Shown: piece after piece, positions 38,825 to 46,618 of the stretch
Layout: each line of letters opens with the position of its first letter
Position numbering within the stretch: the first letter of the stretch is position 1
Position numbers and translations under genes: made by a program
Origin: an uncultured Bacillota bacterium
GTDB lineage: Bacteria > Bacillota_I > Bacilli_A > RF39 > UBA660
NCBI GenBank assembly: GCA_946622285.1
Contig: CAMOPK010000003.1
Location: 1-63,876, forward strand
DNA: 63,876 nucleotides
Direction: 5' to 3'
Notes under the pieces: model-generated
What the model saw: the letters and a program-made list of their open reading frames with translations, nothing else
Told to the model about the DNA's origin: nothing
Database searches by the model: none

Positions 38825-39512
38825 TATGTTCTTCTCTTATATCCATATGCATCTTAATTTCGCCACCAATTAATGCATCAACACAATCAGGGTCGTCACC
38901 TTCAAGCCATATGACTATTGTTATTCTGTCAACATCACCTGGCTTAAAATCTTTACGACCTTCCATTACAGCAAACTCGCTTGAATAGAACTCTTTTGTG
39001 TCTTTTTCAGGTTTATTTGTATAAGAGTTTTTCTTTGCATAAACTGTCTTTTCGCCATTTCTGAAAATCATAATTCTTACTGCTTCATCAACATTTCTTA
39101 TGACATCATCAATAGTAACGCTGTACCAATAGTTCTGAACTTCATTACCTTCATTTTCAACATAAAATGTATATGCAATATAGTTCTGGCCATTATGAGA
39201 ACCATCTTTTTCTTTATCAATATCATTTGGTAACCAATTTATTGATATATTATCCATAAAGTCCATATCTTGTGCATATAATCGACCTTTTGATTCTTTA
39301 TATTCTTTACTTTCATATATAACTATACCTGTTTTTAAGGCAAAGTTTGGGTCCAAAGTTACAGTAAATTTACCTCCGTTATAGATTATACTTAAAATTA
39401 AAAAAGTAATAACCAATAATAGAAAGCATGATAGCATAATTATTTTTAAACGTTTTTTAAATTTTTCACGGCGATTGATCTTTTTCGCAGTTACTACAAC
39501 TTCTTTAGCCAT
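38721..39512 (-). CDS. Membrane-anchored or secreted protein related to the C-terminal half of the large TasA-like proteins (263 aa)
   Basis: N-terminal anchor KIIMLSCFLLLVITFLILSIIYNGGKFTV. Shared motif RITIVIWLEGDDPDCVDALIGG. Lys/Glu/Ser-rich C-terminal tail. Confidence 0.6.
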   Translation of the reverse strand: MAKEVVVTAKKINRREKFKKRLKIIMLSCFLLLVITFLILSIIYNGGKFTVTLDPNFALKTGIVIYESKEYKESKGRLYAQDMDFMDNISINWLPNDIDKEKDGSHNGQNYIAYTFYVENEGNEVQNYWYSVTIDDVIRNVDEAVRIMIFRNGEKTVYAKKNSYTNKPEKDTKEFYSSEFAVMEGRKDFKPGDVDRITIVIWLEGDDPDCVDALIGGEIKMHMDIREEHIDQNKEGDVNGSKESKPETKESDSKSNETATPTE

Positions 39513-39566
39513 CCTATATCACTCCATCTTGATTTTAACATAGTTTTAATTTTGCTTCAATCTAAC

Positions 39567-39585
39567 TTTACACATTTATGTAAAC
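39567..39585. promoter_or_regulatory. Palindromic TTTACA-N6-TGTAAA(C) site in the divergent promoter region; candidate operator
   Basis: tttaca (39567-39572) and tgtaaac (39579-39585). Same half-site as the motif cluster at 24782-24843. Confidence 0.4.
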
Positions 39586-39609
39586 CGATAATTATATTTG
39601 ACATTTTTA

Positions 39610-39618
39610 TGATATAAT
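39610..39618 (+). promoter_or_regulatory. Extended -10 element (TGATATAAT) for the 193-aa gene
   Basis: tgatataat at 39610-39618, with the RBS aagaggtg ~6 nt before ATG 39642. Confidence 0.5.
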
Positions 39619-39641
39619 TTAATTAGTAAAAGAGGTGAATT

Positions 39642-40223
39642 ATGAATAAAAGATTATATATTACATTAGCTTTAGCAATGATTTTTTTATCTATAACAGT
39701 CTTTTTAGTTCATGACTCTTATGCTAAATATTTAACAACTTTAAATGAAACAACTAATATAAAAGTCGCAAGATGGAGAATTTTAGTTAATAATAATGAT
39801 ATTCGTGCAAATAACACTGCCACTGCTGTTATAACACCAACGTTTTATCACAACGATAATATTTCTGATGATATAATTGCTCCAACTAGTGAAGGATATT
39901 TTGATTTAATAGTTGATGCATCTGATGCAGATGTTTCATTCCAATATACATTAAATGTTGGAGTTAATAGTACAAGCGCAGTTCAAGATTTAGTAGTTAC
40001 TGGCTATAAAATTGATAATGGTGATCTTGTAACAAATATAACTAATCCATTATTTCAAGATACTATGTTATATAGTTCTAGTGTTAAAACAAAAACAATT
40101 CGAGTTTTCATAAAATGGGATGATAGTGCTAATGCAACTATGGATAATGCAGCCGATACACTAGCAGCCGATGGAACTGCCAAATTAGATGTAACACTAC
40201 AATTTAGACAATTAGCTAGCTAA
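39642..40223 (+). CDS. TasA-family-like secreted protein (small class, 193 aa) with a SipW-cognate-type signal
   Basis: LALAMIFLSITVFLVHDSYAKYLTTLNE. IAPTSEGYFDLIVDASDADVSFQY and IRVFIKWDD are paralogous to the 203-aa protein. One of only two plus-strand genes. Confidence 0.65.
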   Translation: MNKRLYITLALAMIFLSITVFLVHDSYAKYLTTLNETTNIKVARWRILVNNNDIRANNTATAVITPTFYHNDNISDDIIAPTSEGYFDLIVDASDADVSFQYTLNVGVNSTSAVQDLVVTGYKIDNGDLVTNITNPLFQDTMLYSSSVKTKTIRVFIKWDDSANATMDNAADTLAADGTAKLDVTLQFRQLAS

Positions 40224-40234
40224 TAGATGTAATA

Positions 40235-40265
40235 AAAAAGTTCTAGTTTTTACTAGGACTTTTTA
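40235..40265. terminator. Bidirectional hairpin between convergent genes
   Basis: aaaaagttctagt / actaggacttttt with one mismatch and loop tttt. It overlaps the 3' end of the 493-aa gene. Confidence 0.5.
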
Positions 40266-41724
40266 TTTTTCCGGATTTATATATATTAATTGCTATTTCA
40301 CGACCAACTTGACTTAACCCAGCAGAATTCAAATGGATTATATTATCAGATGGGCAAAAAATACTTTTATTTCCCTTTGAAAGCTCAGTGTAAGGAAAAT
40401 CAGAGCCTTTAATAATTGTACTATTATTTTTTACTATCTCTTTTTGAACTTCTCGAAGTTTAATGGTATTAGAATCATTTGTTGGATCAGCAAGTGAAGC
40501 ATTAACAATATATACCATTGCTCCAAAAGACAATTTCAAGTCTTTCATTAAACCTTGATGAACTTGCACGTAATTATCTTTATATCTGCTAACAGCATAG
40601 TCGTTAATATCACTTTCACCTTGATACACAACATAAAATCTATTCACAATTTTATTATAATCACTCTTTTTTAGTATATATTCCTCTGCCATTTTATATT
40701 TTTTTACCATTAAATTATATAAGTTAGCTTCTGATGATGGTGTAAATCTAAGTATCGATCTCCCTCCAGAAGCTGCTAAAACTATAATAATTTTATGATG
40801 TGTTTTAGCATAATATTCTTTGGCAAAATACGGAATCATATTTGTTCCTGTACTTATATGAGTTTGATAAGAATCACCAACTTTGATTGAAGTTATTTTT
40901 CCATTTCCAAAATAAGCATTTTCACCAAATGTTTTAGGATTAGTACTTATATCTACTAAAGTATTTTTTAACGCTAGATACTCAAATGCTACATTTTTAG
41001 GCATATCAACAGTTACTCTACTATAAGATACATTATGTAAAACTATATCATTATCAATATTTTTTAGTAACTTTGTATTATTTTCAGTGTTATTTTTCAT
41101 TGTCCCAACCATATTTGATTGGCCCCACATTAGAACTAAATCATAATAATCGTATACATCAAGTGAATACGTTGCAGTCTTTCCATTCTTTGTCTTAGCT
41201 GTTATTGTTGCTGCTCCAGCTCCTTTAGCAGTTACTTTGCCACTGGTTGAAACTGTAGCAATAGTAGTATCACTGCTTGTCCAAGTAATTTCATTATTTT
41301 TAGCATTACTTGGGCTTATAGTTACTTTAAGGTCCAAACTATCGCCAACATTTAAATCTCCACCACTTTGAGCAAATTTGATACCTTGAACTTCAACATT
41401 CGCATTTTTTTCAAAGACTGCTATTAGATTAATATCTCGATTGATTACAGTATTAACGTCAAATTTTTTTCCATCCAATTCCCAATATTTAAAAGTATAT
41501 TCTTTTTTTATTGGATTTTTTGGCAATGAAAGTATTTTACCTTCATACACCTCTACTTCATCATATATTTCATTATCAACTATATATACCACTTTATAAT
41601 TTGTTCTAACTGGAGGAACTTCAATAGATTTTGGTTCATTAATTGGTCTAATAAGTTCATATCCACATGCACCTATTAAAACTATTAAAACTGTCACAAT
41701 TAAGATAAAAAGTGTTTTTTTCAT
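40243..41724 (-). CDS. Lipoprotein: Listeria-Bacteroides repeat + Big_2 Ig-like domain + SASA-type (sialate O-acetylesterase-like, SGNH) esterase domain
   Basis: Lipobox LIGAC. KEYTFKYWELDGKKFD...INLIAVF. Big_2 domain LKVTISPSNAKNNEITWTSSDTTIATVSTSGKVTAKGAGAATITA. Catalytic-block motif LMWGQSNMVG. Confidence 0.7.
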   Translation of the reverse strand: MKKTLFILIVTVLIVLIGACGYELIRPINEPKSIEVPPVRTNYKVVYIVDNEIYDEVEVYEGKILSLPKNPIKKEYTFKYWELDGKKFDVNTVINRDINLIAVFEKNANVEVQGIKFAQSGGDLNVGDSLDLKVTISPSNAKNNEITWTSSDTTIATVSTSGKVTAKGAGAATITAKTKNGKTATYSLDVYDYYDLVLMWGQSNMVGTMKNNTENNTKLLKNIDNDIVLHNVSYSRVTVDMPKNVAFEYLALKNTLVDISTNPKTFGENAYFGNGKITSIKVGDSYQTHISTGTNMIPYFAKEYYAKTHHKIIIVLAASGGRSILRFTPSSEANLYNLMVKKYKMAEEYILKKSDYNKIVNRFYVVYQGESDINDYAVSRYKDNYVQVHQGLMKDLKLSFGAMVYIVNASLADPTNDSNTIKLREVQKEIVKNNSTIIKGSDFPYTELSKGNKSIFCPSDNIIHLNSAGLSQVGREIAINIYKSGKIKSPSKN

Positions 41725-41751
41725 ATAATCACCACATCTATATAAATTTGT

Positions 41752-41779
41752 TTAAAAAAAGGCAATTCTTAATTGCCTT
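41752..41779 (-). terminator. Rho-independent terminator ending the 48.0-41.8 kb operon
   Basis: Stem aaggcaatt (41759-41767), loop ctt, stem aattgcctt (41771-41779), followed by a T7 run on the minus strand. Confidence 0.8.
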
Positions 41780-42401
41780 GATTTGTTTCTTCTTGCTGTG
41801 TTGCAATTATTTTTACTTGCATAGTTATACTTGATGCTTGAGGATTTGCTTGATGATAATCATATGACTTATTTCCCCAATAAGTATCTGTTAAATCATC
41901 ACCTGATTCATATGGCCAAGAAACAGAAATACTATAATATTCATTAGTATCTCCAACTGCAATTACATCTGTTGATAAAGTTATATTAATTTTAAATGGA
42001 TAATCATTTGCTAATTTATATGCAAGTTCATCACTCGTCATATTTTCATCAGGTTCATATGTTACACCAAATAAAGTGGCTGACATAATTTCATATGAAA
42101 GTTCTGCTGGGGTATCACCATTATTAGCAGCCCTTATATTTCTTGTATATGTTGTCATTCCAGGATAAACATCTGATACATCAATATTTATATAATTAAC
42201 TGATGGCTCTGTGCCAATTTCAAATGCTACATTCCAAGCTTTAACATAAGCTGAAACACTGTTTTGTACACGTGTTGAATATACAAACCAAGCAAATGAA
42301 TTTGATACAAATAAAAGTGCTAATAAAAGTAAAGTTGTTAATTTTGTTCTCTTGAAAACTCGTGCGATTAGTTCAATAATGAATGGTCTTTGCTTTTTCA
42401 T
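41769..42401 (-). CDS. TasA-family-like secreted protein (small class, 210 aa) with a SipW-cognate-type signal
   Basis: LTTLLLLALLFVSNSFAWFVYSTRV and VYPGMTTYTRNIRAANNGDTPAELSYEI. ATGA overlap with the upstream sipW. Confidence 0.65.
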   Translation of the reverse strand: MKKQRPFIIELIARVFKRTKLTTLLLLALLFVSNSFAWFVYSTRVQNSVSAYVKAWNVAFEIGTEPSVNYINIDVSDVYPGMTTYTRNIRAANNGDTPAELSYEIMSATLFGVTYEPDENMTSDELAYKLANDYPFKINITLSTDVIAVGDTNEYYSISVSWPYESGDDLTDTYWGNKSYDYHQANPQASSITMQVKIIATQQEETNQGN

Positions 42402-42958
42402 TTGCCCTTTAATTTCTTTCTTTCTTCGGATATATCTAATATTTCAAAAAATATTAGAATTGATAAAGGAACAAAAAGCAGAAAATAAAATCCATACATA
42501 TTATTAACTAGTCTACTTATCGCACTTATTAAAACTCCTTTAAAAATAACGACTCCTTTTATTTGACTGCCCTCGATTTTAGGGTCTGCTATTTCATTAG
42601 CAATTCCCTTTGTTTCAAACACATATTTGCCATCAACAGTACTTTTACCAATTACTCTGTGTGTAACTATTTTATTGGCAAAGTCCCCTTCTTTTCCAAG
42701 ATATACGACATCGTCACCAATATTGATATCTTCGAACTTTTTTTCTTTCGCAAATACCATATCACCGACATTGTATTCAGGGGCCATACTGGAACTTATA
42801 ATGGTAAATATACTATATCCACCAAGTGTAGCTTTATTATTTGAAACTCTTTGAATAAAAATTACTAAAACAATCAATATTACTGCAAAGGAAAAGAATG
42901 CCTTAATAATAGTGCTTGATATCTTGTAAACTTTATTTTTTCGAATTCTTTTTAACAT
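42398..42958 (-). CDS. sipW: Signal peptidase I, SipW/archaeal-ER type (S26B)
   Basis: IISSSMAPEYNVGDMVF (Ser box) and VTHRVIG (His box), with a C-terminal TM. The Asp box is atypical (TKGIANEIADP instead of GD.N..D). Confidence 0.8.
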   Translation of the reverse strand: MLKRIRKNKVYKISSTIIKAFFSFAVILIVLVIFIQRVSNNKATLGGYSIFTIISSSMAPEYNVGDMVFAKEKKFEDINIGDDVVYLGKEGDFANKIVTHRVIGKSTVDGKYVFETKGIANEIADPKIEGSQIKGVVIFKGVLISAISRLVNNMYGFYFLLFVPLSILIFFEILDISEERKKLKGK

Positions 42959-42970
42959 ATTATTTCCCCA

Positions 42971-44092
42971 CTATATTTTAACTTCATAAATTCTCGATAA
43001 ATATTTATCCATATGTTTCTTAAATATTTTATAGATTTCTCTGTCATTAACAACAGTTTTATATTTAATTACCTCATATTGTTTGCTGACAAGATTCTTT
43101 AGTTGTTCTTCGCTTATTCCACCTTCATTGATATCTATCAACTTTTGCACAATATTTCCAACTAATCTTTCAGTAACTTCTGTTTTATCAACATCTTCTT
43201 TTTTATCACGACTTAAAATATCCATTACTAAATAATCAAGCAAGAATGATTCGTCTAAATAATTTCTAAGTTCACCATTATCAAAATAATCTTTGTTGTC
43301 TTTTACGTTAGTTATATCATCATCCATATGTGTTTGCATATAGTCCCACAATCTCAAAGCATACTGAAAATTAGTATTTTTTAAAATCAAATTAGTCTTT
43401 TTGATTGGTGATGTTACTAATGACAAGTGTTTTTTATGAATTATTTGATATGTTTGATTAGATGTTAAATCTGTTATTCTGTTTTCTAATTTTTCAATTC
43501 TTTCAGCTATACCATTGCCATCTAGATCTTCGTGTTTATCTTCTACTACTTTACTAGATCCAATCGACATTGTAATGCTTACCTTTTCTTGTCCTACTTT
43601 AGTAGTAGCATTATATTCCATTTTTTTATCATCTTTTTCAGAAGATGATAAAATTAAATTTCTCTTCTTTCTAGCAACATAAGACCTCATATTTTGAATA
43701 AGACTATAAATAAATCTATTTTCATAAGTTTCATAGCTTTCTTCTTTATTAATATTCAATATTTTTGAAGGTTTTACATCACCTGTTTTTTTATCTATAT
43801 CTTGAATTAAATTGGTATTTCTTGCAAGATGTTTAATACTTTCAACAGTTACACGTCTTGCAAGTTCTACCTTAACAATATCTTCTTCATTAATGATGAA
43901 ACGGTTTGGATTTCTTAGGATATTGTCAATATATCTTATTGTTTCTTCCATAATATCAAGCCACTCAAAATTACATTCAGTTTTATCATAGTCAGTAACT
44001 ACTTTTAGACTTGAATCAATTTTATTGATGAACATGTTATCTCTAGATTCATTTGATTTATTATAAAGATCAAAAAGTCCTAAGTTTTCCAT
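42971..44092 (-). CDS. Cytoplasmic partner protein of the AAA+ gene; weak McrC/DUF2357-like N-terminal pattern, no recognisable nuclease motif (373 aa)
   Basis: FEWLDIMEETIRYIDNILRNPNRFI..., YETYENRFIYSLIQNM, NTNFQYALRLWDYM. No PD-(D/E)xK-type block is visible. 17-nt gap to the AAA+ gene, with an RBS. Confidence 0.45.
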   Translation of the reverse strand: MENLGLFDLYNKSNESRDNMFINKIDSSLKVVTDYDKTECNFEWLDIMEETIRYIDNILRNPNRFIINEEDIVKVELARRVTVESIKHLARNTNLIQDIDKKTGDVKPSKILNINKEESYETYENRFIYSLIQNMRSYVARKKRNLILSSSEKDDKKMEYNATTKVGQEKVSITMSIGSSKVVEDKHEDLDGNGIAERIEKLENRITDLTSNQTYQIIHKKHLSLVTSPIKKTNLILKNTNFQYALRLWDYMQTHMDDDITNVKDNKDYFDNGELRNYLDESFLLDYLVMDILSRDKKEDVDKTEVTERLVGNIVQKLIDINEGGISEEQLKNLVSKQYEVIKYKTVVNDREIYKIFKKHMDKYLSRIYEVKI

Positions 44093-44109
44093 CCCTTTTC
44101 ACCCTTTTC

Positions 44110-45633
44110 TTATGTTAATTTCTTAAGTCTTAATAGATATTCTTCACATTCTTTCATTTTGCCTTTTCCGAATGTTTTATCTAAGAATTCTATATAACCA
44201 TCAATTTCATCACGAATGTATGAAATGTTTAACTGTTCAAATTTTCGAAGTACCTTACGTGCTAAGAAATAATCTACACCGTCAATTTCTTCACCACCAC
44301 AGGCTACAAAAACTGGAACAAATTTTTTCATGTGCATTACGATACGGTTACCAAACGCAATGCGGAAATGTTTAATAACATAGTTATCCATTTCCTCAAT
44401 TTTATCTAAGGTTTCTTGCTTCATTGGATATTTTTCCATACCTTCTCTAAATATTTTATCTAGATAAGAGTAATTAATATCCTGAGCTTCTGTATCTATT
44501 GGTTCAAATACTTTACCTTTATCATTAATATCGATTGGCATAGCACGGTCGTATACTTTATCTGTTACCATAAATGTTGAGTCATCGTTATTGATTGTAC
44601 CAATGTACCAAACATTCGGTGGTATTTTAAGTTTTCCTTCAATTACATGTTTCGGGTCACTTTTCCAACCACTTGATACAAGTTCAACTATCCACTCATC
44701 TTTATTAGGCATTTCTAGAATAGATAGCATTTCAGCAAAATAATATTCGACACGTGAGATGTTCATTTCATCGAGGATTACTGTGTAAACGTCATCGGTA
44801 TATCCTGCAAGATATAATTCTTTTAAAACTTCTGTTTCATTAAATTTCTTAGTAAATTCGTTGAAATAACCAAAAAGTTCAGTACGATCTCTCCAAGATG
44901 GTTGTACAGACGCTACACATGAGTCATGTTTTAAAAATTTTCCCCACGCATAAGCAAGCGATGTTTTACCAGTACCAGAAATACCTTGTAAAATTACAAG
45001 TTTTGTTGATGCTAGTCCTGAAATAAATATACGAATCATTTCAGTTGTATAATAAAGTTTCAATTTTGACGCTGCAAAGTTTCTGAACATTTCAACCAAT
45101 TCTGGTAGTGTAAATGAATTGTTGTAATTTTGTATTTTATAATTTGCAAATTCTTCATCAATATGTGCCAATTTAGCAAAACGAACATCTCCTACTGGAG
45201 TATTATCTTCAGGTGCATCTGGAACTTCTTCAGTATCAGTTACTCCTGGTTGTAATCCTAAATGTGACACCTTCATTGCAAGTATGTCTTCTTTTTCTTT
45301 CATCAATTTTGAAACTTCATTATTTAAGTTTGCAACTTCTTCTAAAAGTGATTCTTGCTCAACGATTGTTTTACGGAATCTTGCATATTTTTTAACAAGA
45401 AATACAATCAACAATACCAATCCTGCTAATACGATTAGCACGATTAAAATTGCAAGAACGACCATTATCCATTCGGCACCTTTAAAATCGTTCTTATAAA
45501 AATTCACGATTTTCACATAAGCACTGAAGTTAAACATATCTCCTATGCCGCCTATTAAACTTGTTATAACTCCAATAATTGGTGAGAAAAACTGAAGTAA
45601 AAACTCATATACAAATCTAAAAAAAGTATCCAT
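44110..45633 (-). CDS. Membrane-tethered McrB-family (AAA_5) AAA+ NTPase: two N-terminal TM helices, a coiled coil, then the AAA+ core
   Basis: TM segments FFSPIIGVITSLIGGIG and WIMVVLAILIVLIVLAGLVLLIVFLV. Walker A LQGISGTGKTSLA. The McrB-type blocks VQPSWRDRTELFGYF, ILDEMNISRVEYYFAEMLSILE and NVWYIGTINNDDSTFMVTDKVYDRAMPIDI are present. Confidence 0.75.
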   Translation of the reverse strand: MDTFFRFVYEFLLQFFSPIIGVITSLIGGIGDMFNFSAYVKIVNFYKNDFKGAEWIMVVLAILIVLIVLAGLVLLIVFLVKKYARFRKTIVEQESLLEEVANLNNEVSKLMKEKEDILAMKVSHLGLQPGVTDTEEVPDAPEDNTPVGDVRFAKLAHIDEEFANYKIQNYNNSFTLPELVEMFRNFAASKLKLYYTTEMIRIFISGLASTKLVILQGISGTGKTSLAYAWGKFLKHDSCVASVQPSWRDRTELFGYFNEFTKKFNETEVLKELYLAGYTDDVYTVILDEMNISRVEYYFAEMLSILEMPNKDEWIVELVSSGWKSDPKHVIEGKLKIPPNVWYIGTINNDDSTFMVTDKVYDRAMPIDINDKGKVFEPIDTEAQDINYSYLDKIFREGMEKYPMKQETLDKIEEMDNYVIKHFRIAFGNRIVMHMKKFVPVFVACGGEEIDGVDYFLARKVLRKFEQLNISYIRDEIDGYIEFLDKTFGKGKMKECEEYLLRLKKLT

Positions 45634-45636
45634 AAA

Positions 45637-46611
45637 TCACTTCCTTGCAATTATGATTTTATCTTTAAAATCAATTTTTGATGCATTGTCTTTATCAACA
45701 ATTATGTATTCAAATATTTCTAATCGTTTCAAATTAGTTTTATTAAAATCAAAGTCATAGTTTAATTCAATGGCCATTTTATAACCGTTTTGAATCATTT
45801 CAACAACAGCATCTTGATTAAGCTCATATTGTAAACTGTCCATTTTAATGATTAATTTTTCCCTTACGGCATCACTATCAATAAGATTAAATAGTCTAGT
45901 CTTCTTAGATTTTTTATCAAAGATTGAATATGGAAATTCAACAATATATTTACTTACAAAATCATTATTAATTATTTCTTTCAAAATTTTAACAGTTATT
46001 AAAGAATATTCGATGAATAATTTTTGTTCATCAATTATTCCTGAATTATATACTTTCCTAATAGCTGTTTCACTATATAAAATAGGAAATTTAATATCAT
46101 AGTCCAAGTTTACTAATGCAACTCTTGGATTGTTTGTTCTTGCATAATTTAATGAAAAAACATCACTTTTAAATTCACTTAAATATTTAAGTTTTCTAGT
46201 TAAATTATCTTTTAAAAGTTTAGTGAATTCCTTTTGAAAATCAATTTCTCGATTTTTGTCATCACGAATTGATTCAGCAGTTAATACAACTCCTTCAATT
46301 TGATCTAAATGAATAAAATCTAAACCCAAAATAAACTTTACTAATTCGGTTAATGAGCGTATTTTATCTTCGGAATATTCAGAATAAAGCTCATGCATTT
46401 TTTCATTCAAATAATAGTTTAAATTAGAACTTTTATTGCGTGAAACTAGAGGAAAATAATTATAATATCTAACCCCATTATAAGTATTTAATATTTCTTT
46501 AAAATTAGCTTTTGATATTTTACTGCCGCCTATTAGTTTCATATATTGAACTAAACAATCATTAGAAAAATCAATATATTTTTTAGCAATATTAATACTC
46601 ATTTTTTTCAC
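45637..46611 (-). CDS. Cytoplasmic protein of unknown function (324 aa), first gene of the AAA+ trio
   Basis: No signal peptide or TM segment. Its stop lies inside the RBS of the AAA+ gene (AAGGAAGTGATTTATG), which indicates translational coupling. Confidence 0.5.
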   Translation of the reverse strand: MKKMSINIAKKYIDFSNDCLVQYMKLIGGSKISKANFKEILNTYNGVRYYNYFPLVSRNKSSNLNYYLNEKMHELYSEYSEDKIRSLTELVKFILGLDFIHLDQIEGVVLTAESIRDDKNREIDFQKEFTKLLKDNLTRKLKYLSEFKSDVFSLNYARTNNPRVALVNLDYDIKFPILYSETAIRKVYNSGIIDEQKLFIEYSLITVKILKEIINNDFVSKYIVEFPYSIFDKKSKKTRLFNLIDSDAVREKLIIKMDSLQYELNQDAVVEMIQNGYKMAIELNYDFDFNKTNLKRLEIFEYIIVDKDNASKIDFKDKIIIARK

Positions 46612-46618
46612 CCTCTTT

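Noticed and set aside
38721-39512. Possibility that the 263-aa and 369-aa ORFs are one frameshifted pseudogene
   Set aside because: Each ORF has its own basic N-terminus plus hydrophobic signal or anchor and its own copy of the C-terminal WxEGxDxDC motif, so they are two complete genes.
42971-45633. Annotating the pair as a classical McrBC type IV restriction system
   Set aside because: The AAA+ protein has TM helices and a coiled coil where McrB has its DNA-reading domain. I cannot find a PD-(D/E)xK nuclease block in the partner. The family relationship is kept, but a restriction function is not asserted.
45637-46611. Possible degenerate EAL (c-di-GMP phosphodiesterase) fold in the 324-aa protein (LIIKMDS ... 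NGYKMAIELNYDFDFNKTNLKRLEIFEYIIVDKD)
   Set aside because: Only a loose pattern match was seen. The EAL, DDFG and EGVE catalytic motifs are absent and the protein ends before the last third of an EAL domain. I therefore left it as unknown function.
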